64,000 nt of DNA, from NCBI GenBank assembly GCA_031370565.1, contig JANMQO010000004.1, positions 11,562-75,561 on the forward strand. Reading direction: 5' to 3'. The number at the start of each line of letters is the position of its first letter. Within the stretch, counting starts at the first letter, position 1. The position numbers were made by a program, and so were the translations under genes. Shown piece after piece: positions 36,032 through 46,643 of this stretch. The notes beneath the pieces are model-generated. The model was not told the origin of the DNA and ran no database searches. It was given only the letters and a program-made list of their open reading frames with translations. The stretch is from Chloroflexota bacterium (GTDB taxonomy: Bacteria; Chloroflexota; Limnocylindria; Limnocylindrales; CSP1-4).

Positions 36032-39000
36032 CCGCGCCAGCCCGATTGCTGGCCCTGCGCCTGCAAGGCTTCAAGTCGTTCGCCGAGCGCACGGTGCTCG
36101 AGTTCGGCCCCGGGATCAGTGCCGTCGTCGGACCGAACGGTTCGGGCAAGAGCAACCTCGCTGACGCCCTGCGCTGGGCCCTCGGCGAGCAGGGCCGTGC
36201 CTTGCGCAGTCGAAAGAGCGAGGACGTGATCTTCGCCGGGTCAGAGCGCCGCGCGGCGCTGGGTATGGCCGATGTCAGCCTCGTCTTCGACAATACCGAC
36301 GGGCTGCTGCCGGTTGCCTTCAGCGTCGTGGAACTTGGCCGCCGACTGTATCGGTCGGGTGAGAACGAGTACCTGCTGAACCGCCAGCGGGTCCGCCTGC
36401 GAGATCTCGTCGACCTGCTCGACGCGGCCCATCTGGCCGACAACGCGTTCCTGTTCATCGGCCAGGGCATGGTCGACCAGGCGCTCGCGCTGCGGCCCGA
36501 GGAGCGCCGCCCCCTGTTCGAAGAGGTAGCCGGTGTTCGACGCCACGAGCGTCGTCGACGCAAGGCAGAGGAGCAGCTGCTCGAAGCCGAACTGAACCTT
36601 GCCCGGGTGGAGGACATCCTGGCCGAGCTGCGCCCGCAGGCCCGGCGCCTGGCCGCTCAGGCGGAGCAGCAGCTGGCCCGAGTCTCGGTTGGCGACGAGC
36701 TGGCGACCGCGCTGGTCGGCGCGGCGCACGCCCGCTGGCACGAGGCTGCGGCTCGGCACGACGCAGCGGCGGATCGGCTGGTCCACAGCCGGACGGACGT
36801 CGAGCGGTTCATGGCTGCGCTCATTGAGGCGGAGGGTGCGGCGGCCTCCATCTCGGCGGCGATGGCCGCTCGCGGAGCGCTGGAGCGGGTTGGGCGGGAG
36901 GGCCACGAGACGGCTCGCGCGGCTCTCACGGCGCTGCAACTGCGCGAGGCTCGGCTCAACAGCGATCTGGCGGCGGTCGGGCGGGACCGGGCCCGCCTGG
37001 ACGATGAGCGCGCGGCGGCCGAAACGGATCTTGCGCTGCGTCAGCGCGAGTTGGCCGCCCCGCTGCCGGGTCGGGACGCTGGGCTCGACGCTGACGTACA
37101 AGCAGCGGATCGCTCTCTGGCCGAGGCGCTCGAGGAACTCCGTGCACTGCGGACGGCCCACCAGGCACACGGCGACGAGCTGGTCGCGATGCGGCGGGCC
37201 GAAGCCGCCCGAGAGGCAGAGCTCGAGGCCGCCCGGCGACGGCTGATCGAGGTCGAGCGCCGGACCGCAGACGAGCGACGCCGAGCTGAGGTGTCGGCCC
37301 AGCGACATGCATCCCTGGCGGAACGCCTGGCTGCGGCCCGAGCCAGCCAGCTGACGGCGGTTGAGACCGAGCGCATCGTTGGGGCGGAGCGGGAGGCGGC
37401 GCGCACGGTCGCGGAAACCGCCGAAGGATCACGGCGGGCTGCCGCGGAGCGGGTGGCCGACTTGAGTTCGAGGACGGCCGGCGTGCGGGCGCGCGTCGAG
37501 CACGTCCGGGCGCGGTTCGCCGAAGAGGAGACGCGCGGGATCGCGCGGGCGGCCCGGCGGGTGGGCGGTCGCCGAGTGGACGAGGGCCTCCAGGTGGAGC
37601 CAACCTTTCGAGCGGCGGTCGAGGCGGCACTGGGCGAGGTCGCCCGGGCGTACCTGGTGGGACGGGAGGCCGTTGCTGAACTGGCCGGCGAGCGTGGCAT
37701 GGTCGTGCTGGCCGGCACCGAACGGCCATCGTCCGGGGCTGCCGCCATCGCTGGAGGCGTCGGACCCGATGCGTTTCGAGGACGGCTGTCACTCGCCGGT
37801 GGCGGTCTGCTGGCCGATGCCATCCGGCTCGATCCCCTGGGAGCCGCCGGTCAGGTACTCGCGCGTGCCGGCTGGGTCCCCGACGTGGACGCCCTCGTCG
37901 CACTCCAGGCCGCCATTCCGGACGGCTGGCTGGTGGTCAGTCGGGATGGCTCGGCCGTCGGTACCCCGCTATGGATTGCCCTCGGCAAGGGCGATACGCC
38001 GCTGGAGCGGCGTGCAGAACTGGAGCGATTGCAACTTGAGTTGGCGCGCTTTCAGACCGATCTCACGGCAGCCGAGCAGGCCGCCCGGGCCGGCACCGAG
38101 GAAGCGGCCAGGGCACGAGCCGCGCTCGAAACGGCGCGAACTGCGGAAAGCCGGGCCGCGGCGGTTCGTCGCGCTGCAGAGGAGGCCGAGCGAAGCGTCG
38201 GGCGCGAGGCAGAGAACGACGCTCGTGAGGCTGCCTGGCAGTTGGCCCAGGCGGAGCGCGGCGAGGCCGATGTTGCCCGTCTTCGTGAGGCGTTGACGGG
38301 GCTCCAAACAGCGGCCATCAAGCGGACGGCGCCGGCCGTGGCGCCGACCGAGGGGCAGGCCAACCGGCGTTCTGACCCATCTGCCCTCGACGCCTGGGAG
38401 GCGCGCGTCAGCGAACTGCGGGCGCGGCGGGATCGCCTGGTGGGGCAGGCGACCGAGGCCGACCAGGTTCGACGGCAGGCGGAGGGGTTGCTGGCCCGGG
38501 CGGCGGCAGCGGCCGCCTACGATGAGCAACGGATCGTCCGCGCCGAGTCGGATGCACGGGCCCTCGCCGAGCGTGAGACCGGGTTGCTCGCCGAGCGTGA
38601 GACCCTCACCCGAGATATGGCCGCCGCTGCCGCTCGCGAGGAGCGAGCCCGAGCCGATCTGGAGGCGCTGCACGAGGTCGACGCGACGGATCGCACGAGG
38701 CTGTCCATCGCCGACGCGGCACAGGCCGCCGCGCGTGAACGGCTGCGAGCGGGGGAGGAGCGGGCCAGGAGTGCGGAGGTGGCCGAGCTGGAGACCCGCC
38801 TCGGGCTCGATGCCATCCGGGAGCAGGTGCTGGTCGAGCTGGCAAGCATCGGCGAAGCGGGCGTCCGTGCTCTGCGCGCAGCTGCCGGCGACGCGGAGGT
38901 CACGGAACCTGTTGGAATGGCCACACGGGAGCACGAGACGGGACGGATGCCTATCCCGGAATCGGGCTGGGCGGCTGGCGAGCTCGACGAACAGACACCG

Positions 39001-39768
39001 GGCCTCAACGTCGCGCTCACCCGGGCGCTGCTCGCGTGGCAGGCCGCCCCGCCCGATGTGCCGCCGGCCGGCCCGGGTCGCCTGGCGACGCTGCGGCGCC
39101 GGTTTCACGAGTTCGGGGCGGCCAGCCCGTGGGCGGTCGAGGAGCATGCTGCCTTGCGCCTGCGGCTCGACTCCCTCGACACGCAGCAGGCTGACCTGCG
39201 CAGCGCGATCGCCCAGACGCGCGTCCTCATCGCCGAGCTGTCGACCATGATCGCAGACCAGTTCCAGGCGACCTTCCGGGCCCTTGAGACGGCCTTCGAT
39301 GGGCGCTTCCGGCAGTTGTTCGGGGGCGGCTTTGCCCGACTCGAGTTGACCGATCCGAGCGATCTTTCGACGACGGGTGTCGAGATCGTGGCCCGGCCAC
39401 CGGGCAAGAAGACGCAGGCCCTGGCGATGCTGTCGGGCGGCGAGCGGGCGCTCACCGCGGTCGCCCTGCTGTTCGCCATGCTCGAGATCCGGCCCGTCCC
39501 GTTCTGCGTCCTCGACGAGGTCGATGCCGCCCTGGACGAGGCGAACGTGGGCCGCTTTGCCGATGCCCTGCGTAGCCTCGCGACAACCACCCAGTTCATC
39601 GTCATCACCCACAACCGTGGCACGATCGAGGTTGCCGATGCGCTCTACGGCGTGACTGTCGGGCAAGACTCGGTCAGCCGGGTGATCAGCCTCCGGCTGG
39701 ATGAAGCGACGGCCGTGGCGGAACGTGTGCGCCACGGTGCCGTCTCGCTCGACACCGTCGCGGGCTGA
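36028..39768 (+). CDS. smc: chromosome segregation protein SMC
   Basis: N-terminus [13 protein letters not shown]...[21 protein letters not shown], long coiled coils, a hinge, and the C-terminal [16 protein letters not shown]...LDEVDAALD. The start forms a TTGA overlap with the rnc stop. Confidence 0.95.
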   Translation: MTAPARLLALRLQGFKSFAERTVLEFGPGISAVVGPNGSGKSNLADALRWALGEQGRALRSRKSEDVIFAGSERRAALGMADVSLVFDNTDGLLPVAFSVVELGRRLYRSGENEYLLNRQRVRLRDLVDLLDAAHLADNAFLFIGQGMVDQALALRPEERRPLFEEVAGVRRHERRRRKAEEQLLEAELNLARVEDILAELRPQARRLAAQAEQQLARVSVGDELATALVGAAHARWHEAAARHDAAADRLVHSRTDVERFMAALIEAEGAAASISAAMAARGALERVGREGHETARAALTALQLREARLNSDLAAVGRDRARLDDERAAAETDLALRQRELAAPLPGRDAGLDADVQAADRSLAEALEELRALRTAHQAHGDELVAMRRAEAAREAELEAARRRLIEVERRTADERRRAEVSAQRHASLAERLAAARASQLTAVETERIVGAEREAARTVAETAEGSRRAAAERVADLSSRTAGVRARVEHVRARFAEEETRGIARAARRVGGRRVDEGLQVEPTFRAAVEAALGEVARAYLVGREAVAELAGERGMVVLAGTERPSSGAAAIAGGVGPDAFRGRLSLAGGGLLADAIRLDPLGAAGQVLARAGWVPDVDALVALQAAIPDGWLVVSRDGSAVGTPLWIALGKGDTPLERRAELERLQLELARFQTDLTAAEQAARAGTEEAARARAALETARTAESRAAAVRRAAEEAERSVGREAENDAREAAWQLAQAERGEADVARLREALTGLQTAAIKRTAPAVAPTEGQANRRSDPSALDAWEARVSELRARRDRLVGQATEADQVRRQAEGLLARAAAAAAYDEQRIVRAESDARALAERETGLLAERETLTRDMAAAAAREERARADLEALHEVDATDRTRLSIADAAQAAARERLRAGEERARSAEVAELETRLGLDAIREQVLVELASIGEAGVRALRAAAGDAEVTEPVGMATREHETGRMPIPESGWAAGELDEQTPGLNVALTRALLAWQAAPPDVPPAGPGRLATLRRRFHEFGAASPWAVEEHAALRLRLDSLDTQQADLRSAIAQTRVLIAELSTMIADQFQATFRALETAFDGRFRQLFGGGFARLELTDPSDLSTTGVEIVARPPGKKTQALAMLSGGERALTAVALLFAMLEIRPVPFCVLDEVDAALDEANVGRFADALRSLATTTQFIVITHNRGTIEVADALYGVTVGQDSVSRVISLRLDEATAVAERVRHGAVSLDTVAG

Positions 39769-39779
39769 GGAGCCGGTCC

Positions 39780-40844
39780 ATGTTCTGGCGACGGCGACCC
39801 CGGGACAACGCGGTTCTCGACGCGGTCAGAGCGGAAGCATCGGCCGAACTTGGGGCGTCGGAGGAGGCCGCTGCCGAGGCGCCCTTCGAGACGGCGCCGG
39901 TCGTGCCGAGCGCGCTGCGCGCTGAGGCTGAAGCGGCGCCCGATGACGTTGGGCCCAAGGCTGATCTCGTCGCCGGCCTCGAGAAGAGTCGAAGCGGCTT
40001 CGTCGCGCGATTGCGCGGCCTGCTTGGCGGGGGACCGACGGGTCCGTCGTGGGAGGACGTCGAAGAGACCCTCATCGCCGGGGACGTCGGTGCGACGCTG
40101 GCCATCGAGATCGTCGACCGAGCCAGACGACGGCACGAGCCAGCTGGCCCTGAGGCGGCCGTCAGAGCCGAACTCGCGGCCCTCCTCGTCGCGCGCGATC
40201 CAGCCTGGCGCCCGACGCCGGCTGGCCCCGGGCTGCCCGCAGTCATCCTTGTCGTTGGCGTCAACGGCACGGGCAAGACGACGACGATCGGCAAACTGGC
40301 CAGCCGCTATCGGCACGAGGGCCAGACCGTCCTGCTCGCGGCCGCGGACACATTCCGTGCGGCAGCCATCGAGCAACTCCAGGTCTGGGCCACTCGCTCG
40401 GGGGCTTCCGTGGTCGCGCATGCGCCCGGCGCGGACCCTGGGGCGGTTGTCTTCGACGCGCTCGACGCGGCCGTCGCCCGGCGGATCGACCTCGTCATTG
40501 CCGACACGGCCGGCCGCTTGCACACGAAGGTCAACCTCATGGACGAATTGGCCAAGGTACGCCGGGTCATCGACCGGCGACTGCCGGGCGGGCATCCTGA
40601 GACACTGTTCGTCCTCGATGCGACAACGGGCCAGAACGGGCTCGCCCAGGCACGAGCGTTCCACGAGACCATCGGCCTGACCGGGATCGTGCTGACCAAG
40701 CTCGATTCGACGGCCAAGGGGGGGATCGTCTTCGCCATCGAGCATGCGCTGGGAGTACCCGTCCGGTTCGTCGGTCTGGGCGAACAGGTCGGCGATCTCC
40801 TGCCCTTCGATCCGGACGCGTTCGTCGCGGCTCTCTTCGACTGA
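39780..40844 (+). CDS. ftsY: signal recognition particle receptor FtsY
   Basis: Motifs VILVVGVNGTGKTTTIGKLA, ADTFRAAAIEQL, DTAGRLH and TKLDSTAKGG. A GAGGAG Shine-Dalgarno lies upstream. Confidence 0.95.
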   Translation: MFWRRRPRDNAVLDAVRAEASAELGASEEAAAEAPFETAPVVPSALRAEAEAAPDDVGPKADLVAGLEKSRSGFVARLRGLLGGGPTGPSWEDVEETLIAGDVGATLAIEIVDRARRRHEPAGPEAAVRAELAALLVARDPAWRPTPAGPGLPAVILVVGVNGTGKTTTIGKLASRYRHEGQTVLLAAADTFRAAAIEQLQVWATRSGASVVAHAPGADPGAVVFDALDAAVARRIDLVIADTAGRLHTKVNLMDELAKVRRVIDRRLPGGHPETLFVLDATTGQNGLAQARAFHETIGLTGIVLTKLDSTAKGGIVFAIEHALGVPVRFVGLGEQVGDLLPFDPDAFVAALFD

Positions 40845-40912
40845 GAGGGTGGCGGCCACCCGCTCGCCCGCTCGCCCGGTCGCGCGCCGACCCTGCGCGA
40901 TAGACGATGCGC

Positions 40913-40918
40913 TACACT
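40913..40918 (+). promoter_or_regulatory. -10-like TACACT upstream of ffh
   Basis: The sequence GC-TACACT-CC in the ftsY-ffh spacer matches the recurring motif. It lies 92 nt upstream of ATG 41010. Confidence 0.25.
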
Positions 40919-41009
40919 CCGCCTACCTCGGCGCGTCAGAATTCGCGCGCCACCCGGAGCGGCCCTATTCCGCCGCCTCGCCGAGCCGAACGGAGCCCAG
41001 CGCACCCGT

Positions 41010-42341
41010 ATGTTTGACAGTCTGAGCGAGCGCCTGCGCACCACTCTGGGCAAGCTGACCGGTCGTGGCCGGATTGGCGAAGCGGACGTGGACGCGGCGA
41101 TGCGCGAGATCCGGTTGAGCCTGCTTGAAGCGGACGTCAACTTCAAAGTTGTCAAGGACTTCGTGACCAGGGTTCGCGAGCGAGCCATCGGCGCGGAGAT
41201 CCTGGACAGCCTGACCGCCGGCCAGCAGGTCGTGGCCATCGTTCATGAAGAGCTGATCAACCTGTTGTCGGCTGGCGAGCGGACGTTCCACCTGCAGGGC
41301 AACCCGGCGGTGGTGCTGCTCGTCGGTCTGCAGGGCTCGGGCAAGACCACCAGCAGCGCCAAGCTCGCTCGGCACGTCATCCGGCTCGGCCGGCGGCCCC
41401 TGCTGGTTGCTGCGGATCCCTATCGCCCGGCCGCCGCGGACCAGCTTGAGACGCTCGCCACAGCGCTGGACATCCCGATCCATCGGGCGCCGGTCGGCAC
41501 GTCGGTGGTCGACATCGCGCGCGGCGGTATCGACGCGGCCCGTCGCCAGGTCCGCGATGTGGTCATCGTCGACACCGCGGGGCGACTGACCGTGGACGAG
41601 GCGCTCATGGCCGAGATTGCGGCCGTGTCGGCGGCGCTGAAACCGGTCGAGACGCTGCTCGTCGTCGACGCCATGACCGGCCAGGAGGCCGTCGCGGTGG
41701 CCGCGGCGTTCCACGCCACCCTGCCCTTGACCGGCCTCATCCTGACCAAGATCGACGGCGATGCCCGGGGAGGCGCGGCCCTGTCGATCAGCGCCGTGAC
41801 CGGCCTGCCCGTCAAGTTTCTGGGGACGGGCGAGAAGACGGACGCCCTCGAGGTGTTTCACCCGGACCGGCTGGCTGGCCGGATCCTGGGCATGGGCGAC
41901 GTCCTGACCCTCGTCGAGCGTGCCCAGGAAACATACGATCAGAAGCAGTCGGTCAAGATGGAGGAAAAGCTGCGCAAGGGTAGCTTTACCCTGGACGACT
42001 TCCTGGACCAGCTGCAGCAGCTCCAGAAAATGGGACCGCTTGGTCAGATCATGGGTATGCTGCCCGGCATGGGCGGCATGGCCAAGGAGGCGCAGGCGGC
42101 CGTCGACCGCGGTGATCTTCGCCGGGTGGAGGCCATCATCCGCTCGATGACGCCGCGTGAGCGACGTGACCCGACGATTCTCAACGCTTCGCGCCGACGC
42201 CGGATCGCGACCGGCTCGGCAACGGAACTCACGGACGTCAACCGCCTGGTAAAGCAGTTTGGCGAGATGCAGAAGCTCATGAAGCAGTTCTCGGGCTCCG
42301 GCGGACGCCGGGCAGCCGCGGGCCTGCTTGGACGCCGTTGA
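41010..42341 (+). CDS. ffh: signal recognition particle protein Ffh
   Basis: N-terminus MFDSLSERL, motifs GLQGSGKTTSSAKLA, DTAGRL and TKIDGDARGGAALS, and a Met-rich M domain. Confidence 0.96.
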   Translation: MFDSLSERLRTTLGKLTGRGRIGEADVDAAMREIRLSLLEADVNFKVVKDFVTRVRERAIGAEILDSLTAGQQVVAIVHEELINLLSAGERTFHLQGNPAVVLLVGLQGSGKTTSSAKLARHVIRLGRRPLLVAADPYRPAAADQLETLATALDIPIHRAPVGTSVVDIARGGIDAARRQVRDVVIVDTAGRLTVDEALMAEIAAVSAALKPVETLLVVDAMTGQEAVAVAAAFHATLPLTGLILTKIDGDARGGAALSISAVTGLPVKFLGTGEKTDALEVFHPDRLAGRILGMGDVLTLVERAQETYDQKQSVKMEEKLRKGSFTLDDFLDQLQQLQKMGPLGQIMGMLPGMGGMAKEAQAAVDRGDLRRVEAIIRSMTPRERRDPTILNASRRRRIATGSATELTDVNRLVKQFGEMQKLMKQFSGSGGRRAAAGLLGRR

Positions 42342-42354
42342 AAGGGGACCGACC

Positions 42355-44175
42355 ATGACCGACGACCAGCAGCCCATGTCCATGCCCACGCCGGACCAGC
42401 CGCCGAGCGACCTGCCGGCCGAGCCACCGCTCCAAGGCGAGACCCTGCCCGCGGCCATGCAGGCGGCGATGCCTGCAGCGATGCCCGAGCCGACAATCAC
42501 CCGCCGACATTCGCCGACCCGCTGGCTGATCGCGGCGGTCATCGGCGTGGTCGTCGTGGCCCTCTCGGCGACTGGCCTGTTCGTGCTGACCGGCAGTACC
42601 ACTGCGGCGACGCCGGCCGCCTGGGCTCCGGCAGATTCCATCATCTACATGGAGCTCCGGGCGGACCTGCCCGGCGATCAACGCCAGAACCTGGCCCGCT
42701 TCCTCGCCCATTTTCCGGGCTACGCCGACCAATCCATCTTCGGCCAGAAGCTGGATGAGACCCTCGATCGGCTAGTCGCCAAGAGCAGCAATGGTGGCCA
42801 CGATTGGTCCAAGGAGATCAAGCCCTGGTTCGGCGGCCAGATCGGCATGGCGCTGTCGCAGCTCGGCGGCTCGCTGAGCGGGGACGCCATGAGCCTGCGC
42901 TACCTGGTCGTCGTCAGCCAGAAGGATCCGGCCAAAGCTGTCGCCTGGGTCGCGTCCGTGGCCGGCAGCACACCCACCAAGGAGTCGTACAAAAGCGTGA
43001 CGCTGGCGGAGTACAGCACGGGAAATGGGCAGCAATACGCCGTGACTGCGACAGGCGGCGTGCTGCTCGTCGGTGACGTGCCTTCGGTCAAGGCCGCCGT
43101 CGATCGGAACGGGGCGAACGGTCTCGGCGCGAGCCAATCTTTCCGCGACGCCATGGCCCAGATCAGCGGCGACCAGGCGGGTCGCCTGTACATGGACATC
43201 AAGAGCTATCTGCCGGCGATCATGGCTGCGCTCGGTCCGGCAGCATCGAGCATGCCGAGTGGCGATCAGCTGCCTGCCTGGTTGGCGACTGGCGGCCGGA
43301 TCGAGGGCGACGCGCTCATCGCACGTGGCGTCGCGCCGCACGTGGCCGGCGCCCCCAAATTCACCAACCATGCCGACACCGTCGCAGGCAAGCTGCCCGC
43401 AACCACCATCATGCTGTTGGAGACGCACGATCTTGGAGCAGTCATCAAGGCCAGTCTCGACCAGCTGCGCAAGGATCCCGCTCGCGCCGCCGCGGTCCAA
43501 CAACTCGACCAGGCCGCGGGGCTCCTGGGTGGGCTCGACAAGCTGTTCGGCTGGATGGGCGATACGGCCATCGTGGTTACTGCGGACGGCGCCACGCCAT
43601 CTGGTGGAATCGTCATCAACGCCACGGATCCCACCCAGGCGAATGTCGTCTTCGGTCAGCTCAAGTCGTTCGTGTCGCTGGCCGGGGGCTCCAGCGGCGT
43701 GACCGTTCGCGACGAGCCGTACGGCGATGGGACGATCACCACGATCGACCTCGGCGACGCCACCCAGCTGGCCGGTCTGCTCGGCTCCGCGTCTGGGGGT
43801 GCGGTTCCGTCACTGCCGATCAGCGGCCGCGTCGAGCTGTCCTATACCGTGCAGCGCGGCCTGGCGATCATCGGCGTGGGACCCGGCTTCGTGAAATCCA
43901 TACTCGACGTGAAGCCGGGTGCCGCCCTGGCCGACCAGACCCGCTATCGGGCGGTCATGGATCGGATCGGATCGAGCAACGTCAGCAGCGCGTTCGTCGA
44001 TCTCGCTGGAATCCGGAAGCTCGTTGAGCCGGCGCTGGCGAACGTGCCCGGCACCGCGTCGTATGCCAGCGATGTCAAGCCCTACCTTGCGCCGTTCGAC
44101 ATCTTCGCCGCTGCCGGCGTGACCGGCGACTCGTTCAACAGCTTCAATTCCGTCCTCACCGTCACCAACCCATAG
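42355..44175 (+). CDS. membrane-anchored extracytoplasmic protein of unknown function (possibly DUF3352-like)
   Basis: 606 aa from ATG 42355. A Pro/Met-rich N-terminus is followed by a single TM ([22 protein letters not shown]) and a ~530-aa ectodomain with no catalytic motif I recognise. The DUF3352 assignment is from memory and unverified. Confidence 0.7.
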   Translation: MTDDQQPMSMPTPDQPPSDLPAEPPLQGETLPAAMQAAMPAAMPEPTITRRHSPTRWLIAAVIGVVVVALSATGLFVLTGSTTAATPAAWAPADSIIYMELRADLPGDQRQNLARFLAHFPGYADQSIFGQKLDETLDRLVAKSSNGGHDWSKEIKPWFGGQIGMALSQLGGSLSGDAMSLRYLVVVSQKDPAKAVAWVASVAGSTPTKESYKSVTLAEYSTGNGQQYAVTATGGVLLVGDVPSVKAAVDRNGANGLGASQSFRDAMAQISGDQAGRLYMDIKSYLPAIMAALGPAASSMPSGDQLPAWLATGGRIEGDALIARGVAPHVAGAPKFTNHADTVAGKLPATTIMLLETHDLGAVIKASLDQLRKDPARAAAVQQLDQAAGLLGGLDKLFGWMGDTAIVVTADGATPSGGIVINATDPTQANVVFGQLKSFVSLAGGSSGVTVRDEPYGDGTITTIDLGDATQLAGLLGSASGGAVPSLPISGRVELSYTVQRGLAIIGVGPGFVKSILDVKPGAALADQTRYRAVMDRIGSSNVSSAFVDLAGIRKLVEPALANVPGTASYASDVKPYLAPFDIFAAAGVTGDSFNSFNSVLTVTNP

Positions 44176-44200
44176 TCCAACCCAGGAGGTCTCCCGCACC

Positions 44201-44455
44201 ATGGCCGTTCGCATCCGTCTCACGCGCGTTGGCGCGACCAAGCAGCCGAGCTACCGGGTGGTCGTCGCCGACTCCCGCAACGCCCGAGATGGGCGGTCGA
44301 TCGAGACGATCGGCCACTACAACCCGCGCACTGATCCGGTCGAGGTCGTGATCGACGCTGACAAGGCCAAGCGCTGGCTGGCCCAGGGCGCCCAGCCCTC
44401 GGACACCGTGGCTCGCCTCTTCCGCAGTACGGGCATCCTGCCCGCTGAAAAGTAG
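44201..44455 (+). CDS. rpsP: 30S ribosomal protein S16
   Basis: Sequence [42 protein letters not shown] with an AGGAGG Shine-Dalgarno. Confidence 0.96.
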   Translation: MAVRIRLTRVGATKQPSYRVVVADSRNARDGRSIETIGHYNPRTDPVEVVIDADKAKRWLAQGAQPSDTVARLFRSTGILPAEK

Positions 44456-44466
44456 AGGTCGCCCTG

Positions 44467-44700
44467 ATGGCAGCGAAAGAACTGGTTGAATTTGTGGCGC
44501 GCTCCCTGGTCGACGATCCGGATGCCGTCCGGGTCGAGGAGACGCGTGATCGCGATGGCGTCGTGCTCGAGCTGCACGTCGCCGAGGACGATATGGGCAA
44601 GGTCATCGGGCGCAACGGGAGCGTCGCCAAGGCGCTCCGGACGCTGCTCAAGGTGACGGCGGCCCGCGAGGGCGAGCCGGTCTCGCTCGAGATCGTCTGA
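44467..44700 (+). CDS. khpA: KH-domain RNA-binding protein (YlqC/KhpA family)
   Basis: 77 aa with the motif MGKVIGRNGSVAKALRTLL, in the conserved position between rpsP and rimM. Confidence 0.88.
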   Translation: MAAKELVEFVARSLVDDPDAVRVEETRDRDGVVLELHVAEDDMGKVIGRNGSVAKALRTLLKVTAAREGEPVSLEIV

Positions 44701-44717
44701 CCATCACCACGCGTCTG

Positions 44718-45389
44718 GTGGTCGGCCTCGTCCGAGGCGTCCACGGTCTGCACGGGGCAGTCCGGGTCGAGGTCCTGACCGATCACCCGGAGCGTCGCTT
44801 CGCGCCGGGGCTGACGGTGTTCCGTGAGGGCAACCAGGCGCCTCTGATCGTGCGTGATGCGGTCGCCATTTCGGACGGCCCGGGCTGGCGCGTGCGCTTC
44901 GACGGGCTGACCGACCGGGCCGCCGCCGATACGTTGCGCGGCGCCTACCTCGAGGCGGACGTCGCCGCGACGGAGGAACCGGACCGGGGCGTTGTCTACT
45001 GGCACGAAGTCATCGGCGTCCCCGTGCACGGACTCGATGGCGAGGAACTCGGGACAGTGGCCGACGTGTACCGGGTCGCGGACAACGACGTGTACGTGGT
45101 TCGAGGTGGCCCGCGGGGGGAGTTCGACGTGCCGGCGCTGCGCGACTTCATTCGCATCTTCGCGCCTCGACGCGGCGAGATCGTGGTCGATGCGGTAGCC
45201 CTCGATGTGGGTCCGATCCGGCCACCGAAACCGCCGCGACCAGCACGTCCCCGGCGTGGTCAATCGCCGCCAGGCAGTCCGCCTGCGCCCGCCGACGCAT
45301 TGCCCGACAGCGGGACCGTGGCTGAAACAACCGCCAAGACGCGTTCGACCGGGGATCTGCCGGACGACCTCGGCGGGAGACTGCTGTGA
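44718..45389 (+). CDS. rimM: ribosome maturation factor RimM (Pro/Arg-rich C-terminal tail)
   Basis: Sequence VGLVRGVHGLHGAVRVEVLTDHPERRF followed by a PRC barrel. Confidence 0.88.
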   Translation: MVGLVRGVHGLHGAVRVEVLTDHPERRFAPGLTVFREGNQAPLIVRDAVAISDGPGWRVRFDGLTDRAAADTLRGAYLEADVAATEEPDRGVVYWHEVIGVPVHGLDGEELGTVADVYRVADNDVYVVRGGPRGEFDVPALRDFIRIFAPRRGEIVVDAVALDVGPIRPPKPPRPARPRRGQSPPGSPPAPADALPDSGTVAETTAKTRSTGDLPDDLGGRLL

Positions 45390-46165
45390 CGCTCCAGATC
45401 GACGTCCTCACGCTCTTTCCGGCGATGCTCGACGGGCCCCTCTCGGGCAGCATTCCTGGCCGAATCCAGGAGCGCGGCCTGGCCACGATCCAGATCCACG
45501 ACCTGCGCCAGTGGGGGCTCGGTCGGCACCGCTCCGTCGACGACTCTCCGTACGGCGGCGGCGCCGGAATGGTTCTCCGCCCGGAACCCGTGGCGGCTGC
45601 CCTCGACGCGCTCCGTCGCCCCGACTCCACCGTGATCCTGCTCGATCCCGTCGGCGAAATGTTCCGCCAGGCCCGGGCGCACGAGCTGGCCACGGGCCCG
45701 CACCTGATCTTCGTGTGTCCCCGCTACGAAGGCGTCGATGAGCGGATCCGCACACTGGTGGACCTCGAGCTCTCGATCGGCGACTACGTGCTCAGCGGCG
45801 GCGAACTTCCGGCCCTGGTCGTCATCGACGCGATCCTGCGCCTTCTGCCCGGTGCCATCGATGACGCCTCCACCCAGGAAGAGTCGTTCGCCGATGGTCT
45901 GCTCGAATACCCGCAGTACACACGACCAGCCGAATTCCGAGGTCTCGGCATTCCCGAGGTGCTCGTCAGCGGCGACCATGGCGCGGTACGTACCTGGCGG
46001 CTGCGCGAAGCGCTCCGACGAACGAGCCTGCGCCGACCGGACCTGCTGACCGAGCGCTCGCTGAGTCCGGCCGAGCGCTCGCTGCTGGCCGAGTTCGGCG
46101 AGGACGAACCGGTCGACACCAGGTCGCAGCCAGCCGGCGGCCGACCGGGGAGGTCGGCACCGTGA
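45386..46165 (+). CDS. trmD: tRNA (guanine37-N1)-methyltransferase
   Basis: Motifs VLTLFPAM, DSPYGGGAGMV, CPRYEGVDERI and SIGDYVLSGGELPA. The start forms a GTGA overlap with the rimM stop. Confidence 0.95.
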   Translation: MTLQIDVLTLFPAMLDGPLSGSIPGRIQERGLATIQIHDLRQWGLGRHRSVDDSPYGGGAGMVLRPEPVAAALDALRRPDSTVILLDPVGEMFRQARAHELATGPHLIFVCPRYEGVDERIRTLVDLELSIGDYVLSGGELPALVVIDAILRLLPGAIDDASTQEESFADGLLEYPQYTRPAEFRGLGIPEVLVSGDHGAVRTWRLREALRRTSLRRPDLLTERSLSPAERSLLAEFGEDEPVDTRSQPAGGRPGRSAP

Positions 46166-46192
46166 GGCCGTTCCTGAACAGGAAGCATGGCG

Positions 46193-46201
46193 TGCTATAC
46201 T
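46193..46201 (+). promoter_or_regulatory. extended -10-like TGcTATACT upstream of rplS
   Basis: Located in the trmD-rplS spacer, about 80 nt upstream of the rplS start. Confidence 0.35.
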
Positions 46202-46279
46202 CCGCCGTCGGTCGCTCCAACGACCCATCCCACACGTCTGCCCACAGTCCCGCACTGCCTGATGAGAAGTAGGAACCAC

Positions 46280-46627
46280 GTGAACGTGCTCGATGAGATC
46301 GTCCAGGGCCAGATCCGCACGGACCTGCCCCAGCTCGCCTCGGGCGACACGGTCAAGGTGTCGGCCAAAGTCGTCGAGGGCACCCGCGAGCGGATCCAGG
46401 TGTTCGAGGGCACGGTTATGCGCCTGCGCGGCGGCGGAATCACGCGCACGATCACGGTCCGCCGGATCGCCAGCGGGGTGGGCGTCGAGCGCACGTTCAA
46501 GGTGAACAGCCCGCGGATCGAGAAGATCGAAGTGGTCCGCCACGGTGTCGCCCGACGCGCCCAGCTGTACTTCCTGCGCAAGCGCGTGGGCAAGGCCGCC
46601 ACCCTGCGCGAACGCCGCCCGAGCTGA
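46280..46627 (+). CDS. rplS: 50S ribosomal protein L19
   Basis: Sequence VNVLDEIV...FASGDTVKV...[16 protein letters not shown]...[16 protein letters not shown] 46262 is an alternative start, six codons longer. Confidence 0.9.
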   Translation: MNVLDEIVQGQIRTDLPQLASGDTVKVSAKVVEGTRERIQVFEGTVMRLRGGGITRTITVRRIASGVGVERTFKVNSPRIEKIEVVRHGVARRAQLYFLRKRVGKAATLRERRPS

Positions 46628-46643
46628 TCTGCGGCGCGGTGCG

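Noticed and set aside
37969-39735. 588-aa minus-strand ORF, plus similar ones at 40965-42644, 45260-46924, 61220-62896, 24986-26002, 16397-17500 and 32749-34293
   Set aside because: All are antisense or shadow frames of strongly supported + strand genes (smc, ffh, trmD/rplS, nrnA/truB, PAP2, rluD, plsX), and none has a recognisable domain.
40847-40861. Short hairpin GGGTGG-CGG-CCACCC right after the ftsY stop as a terminator
   Set aside because: It has only 6 bp, a 3-nt loop and no U tract. It is too weak to call, and ffh may well be co-transcribed with ftsY.
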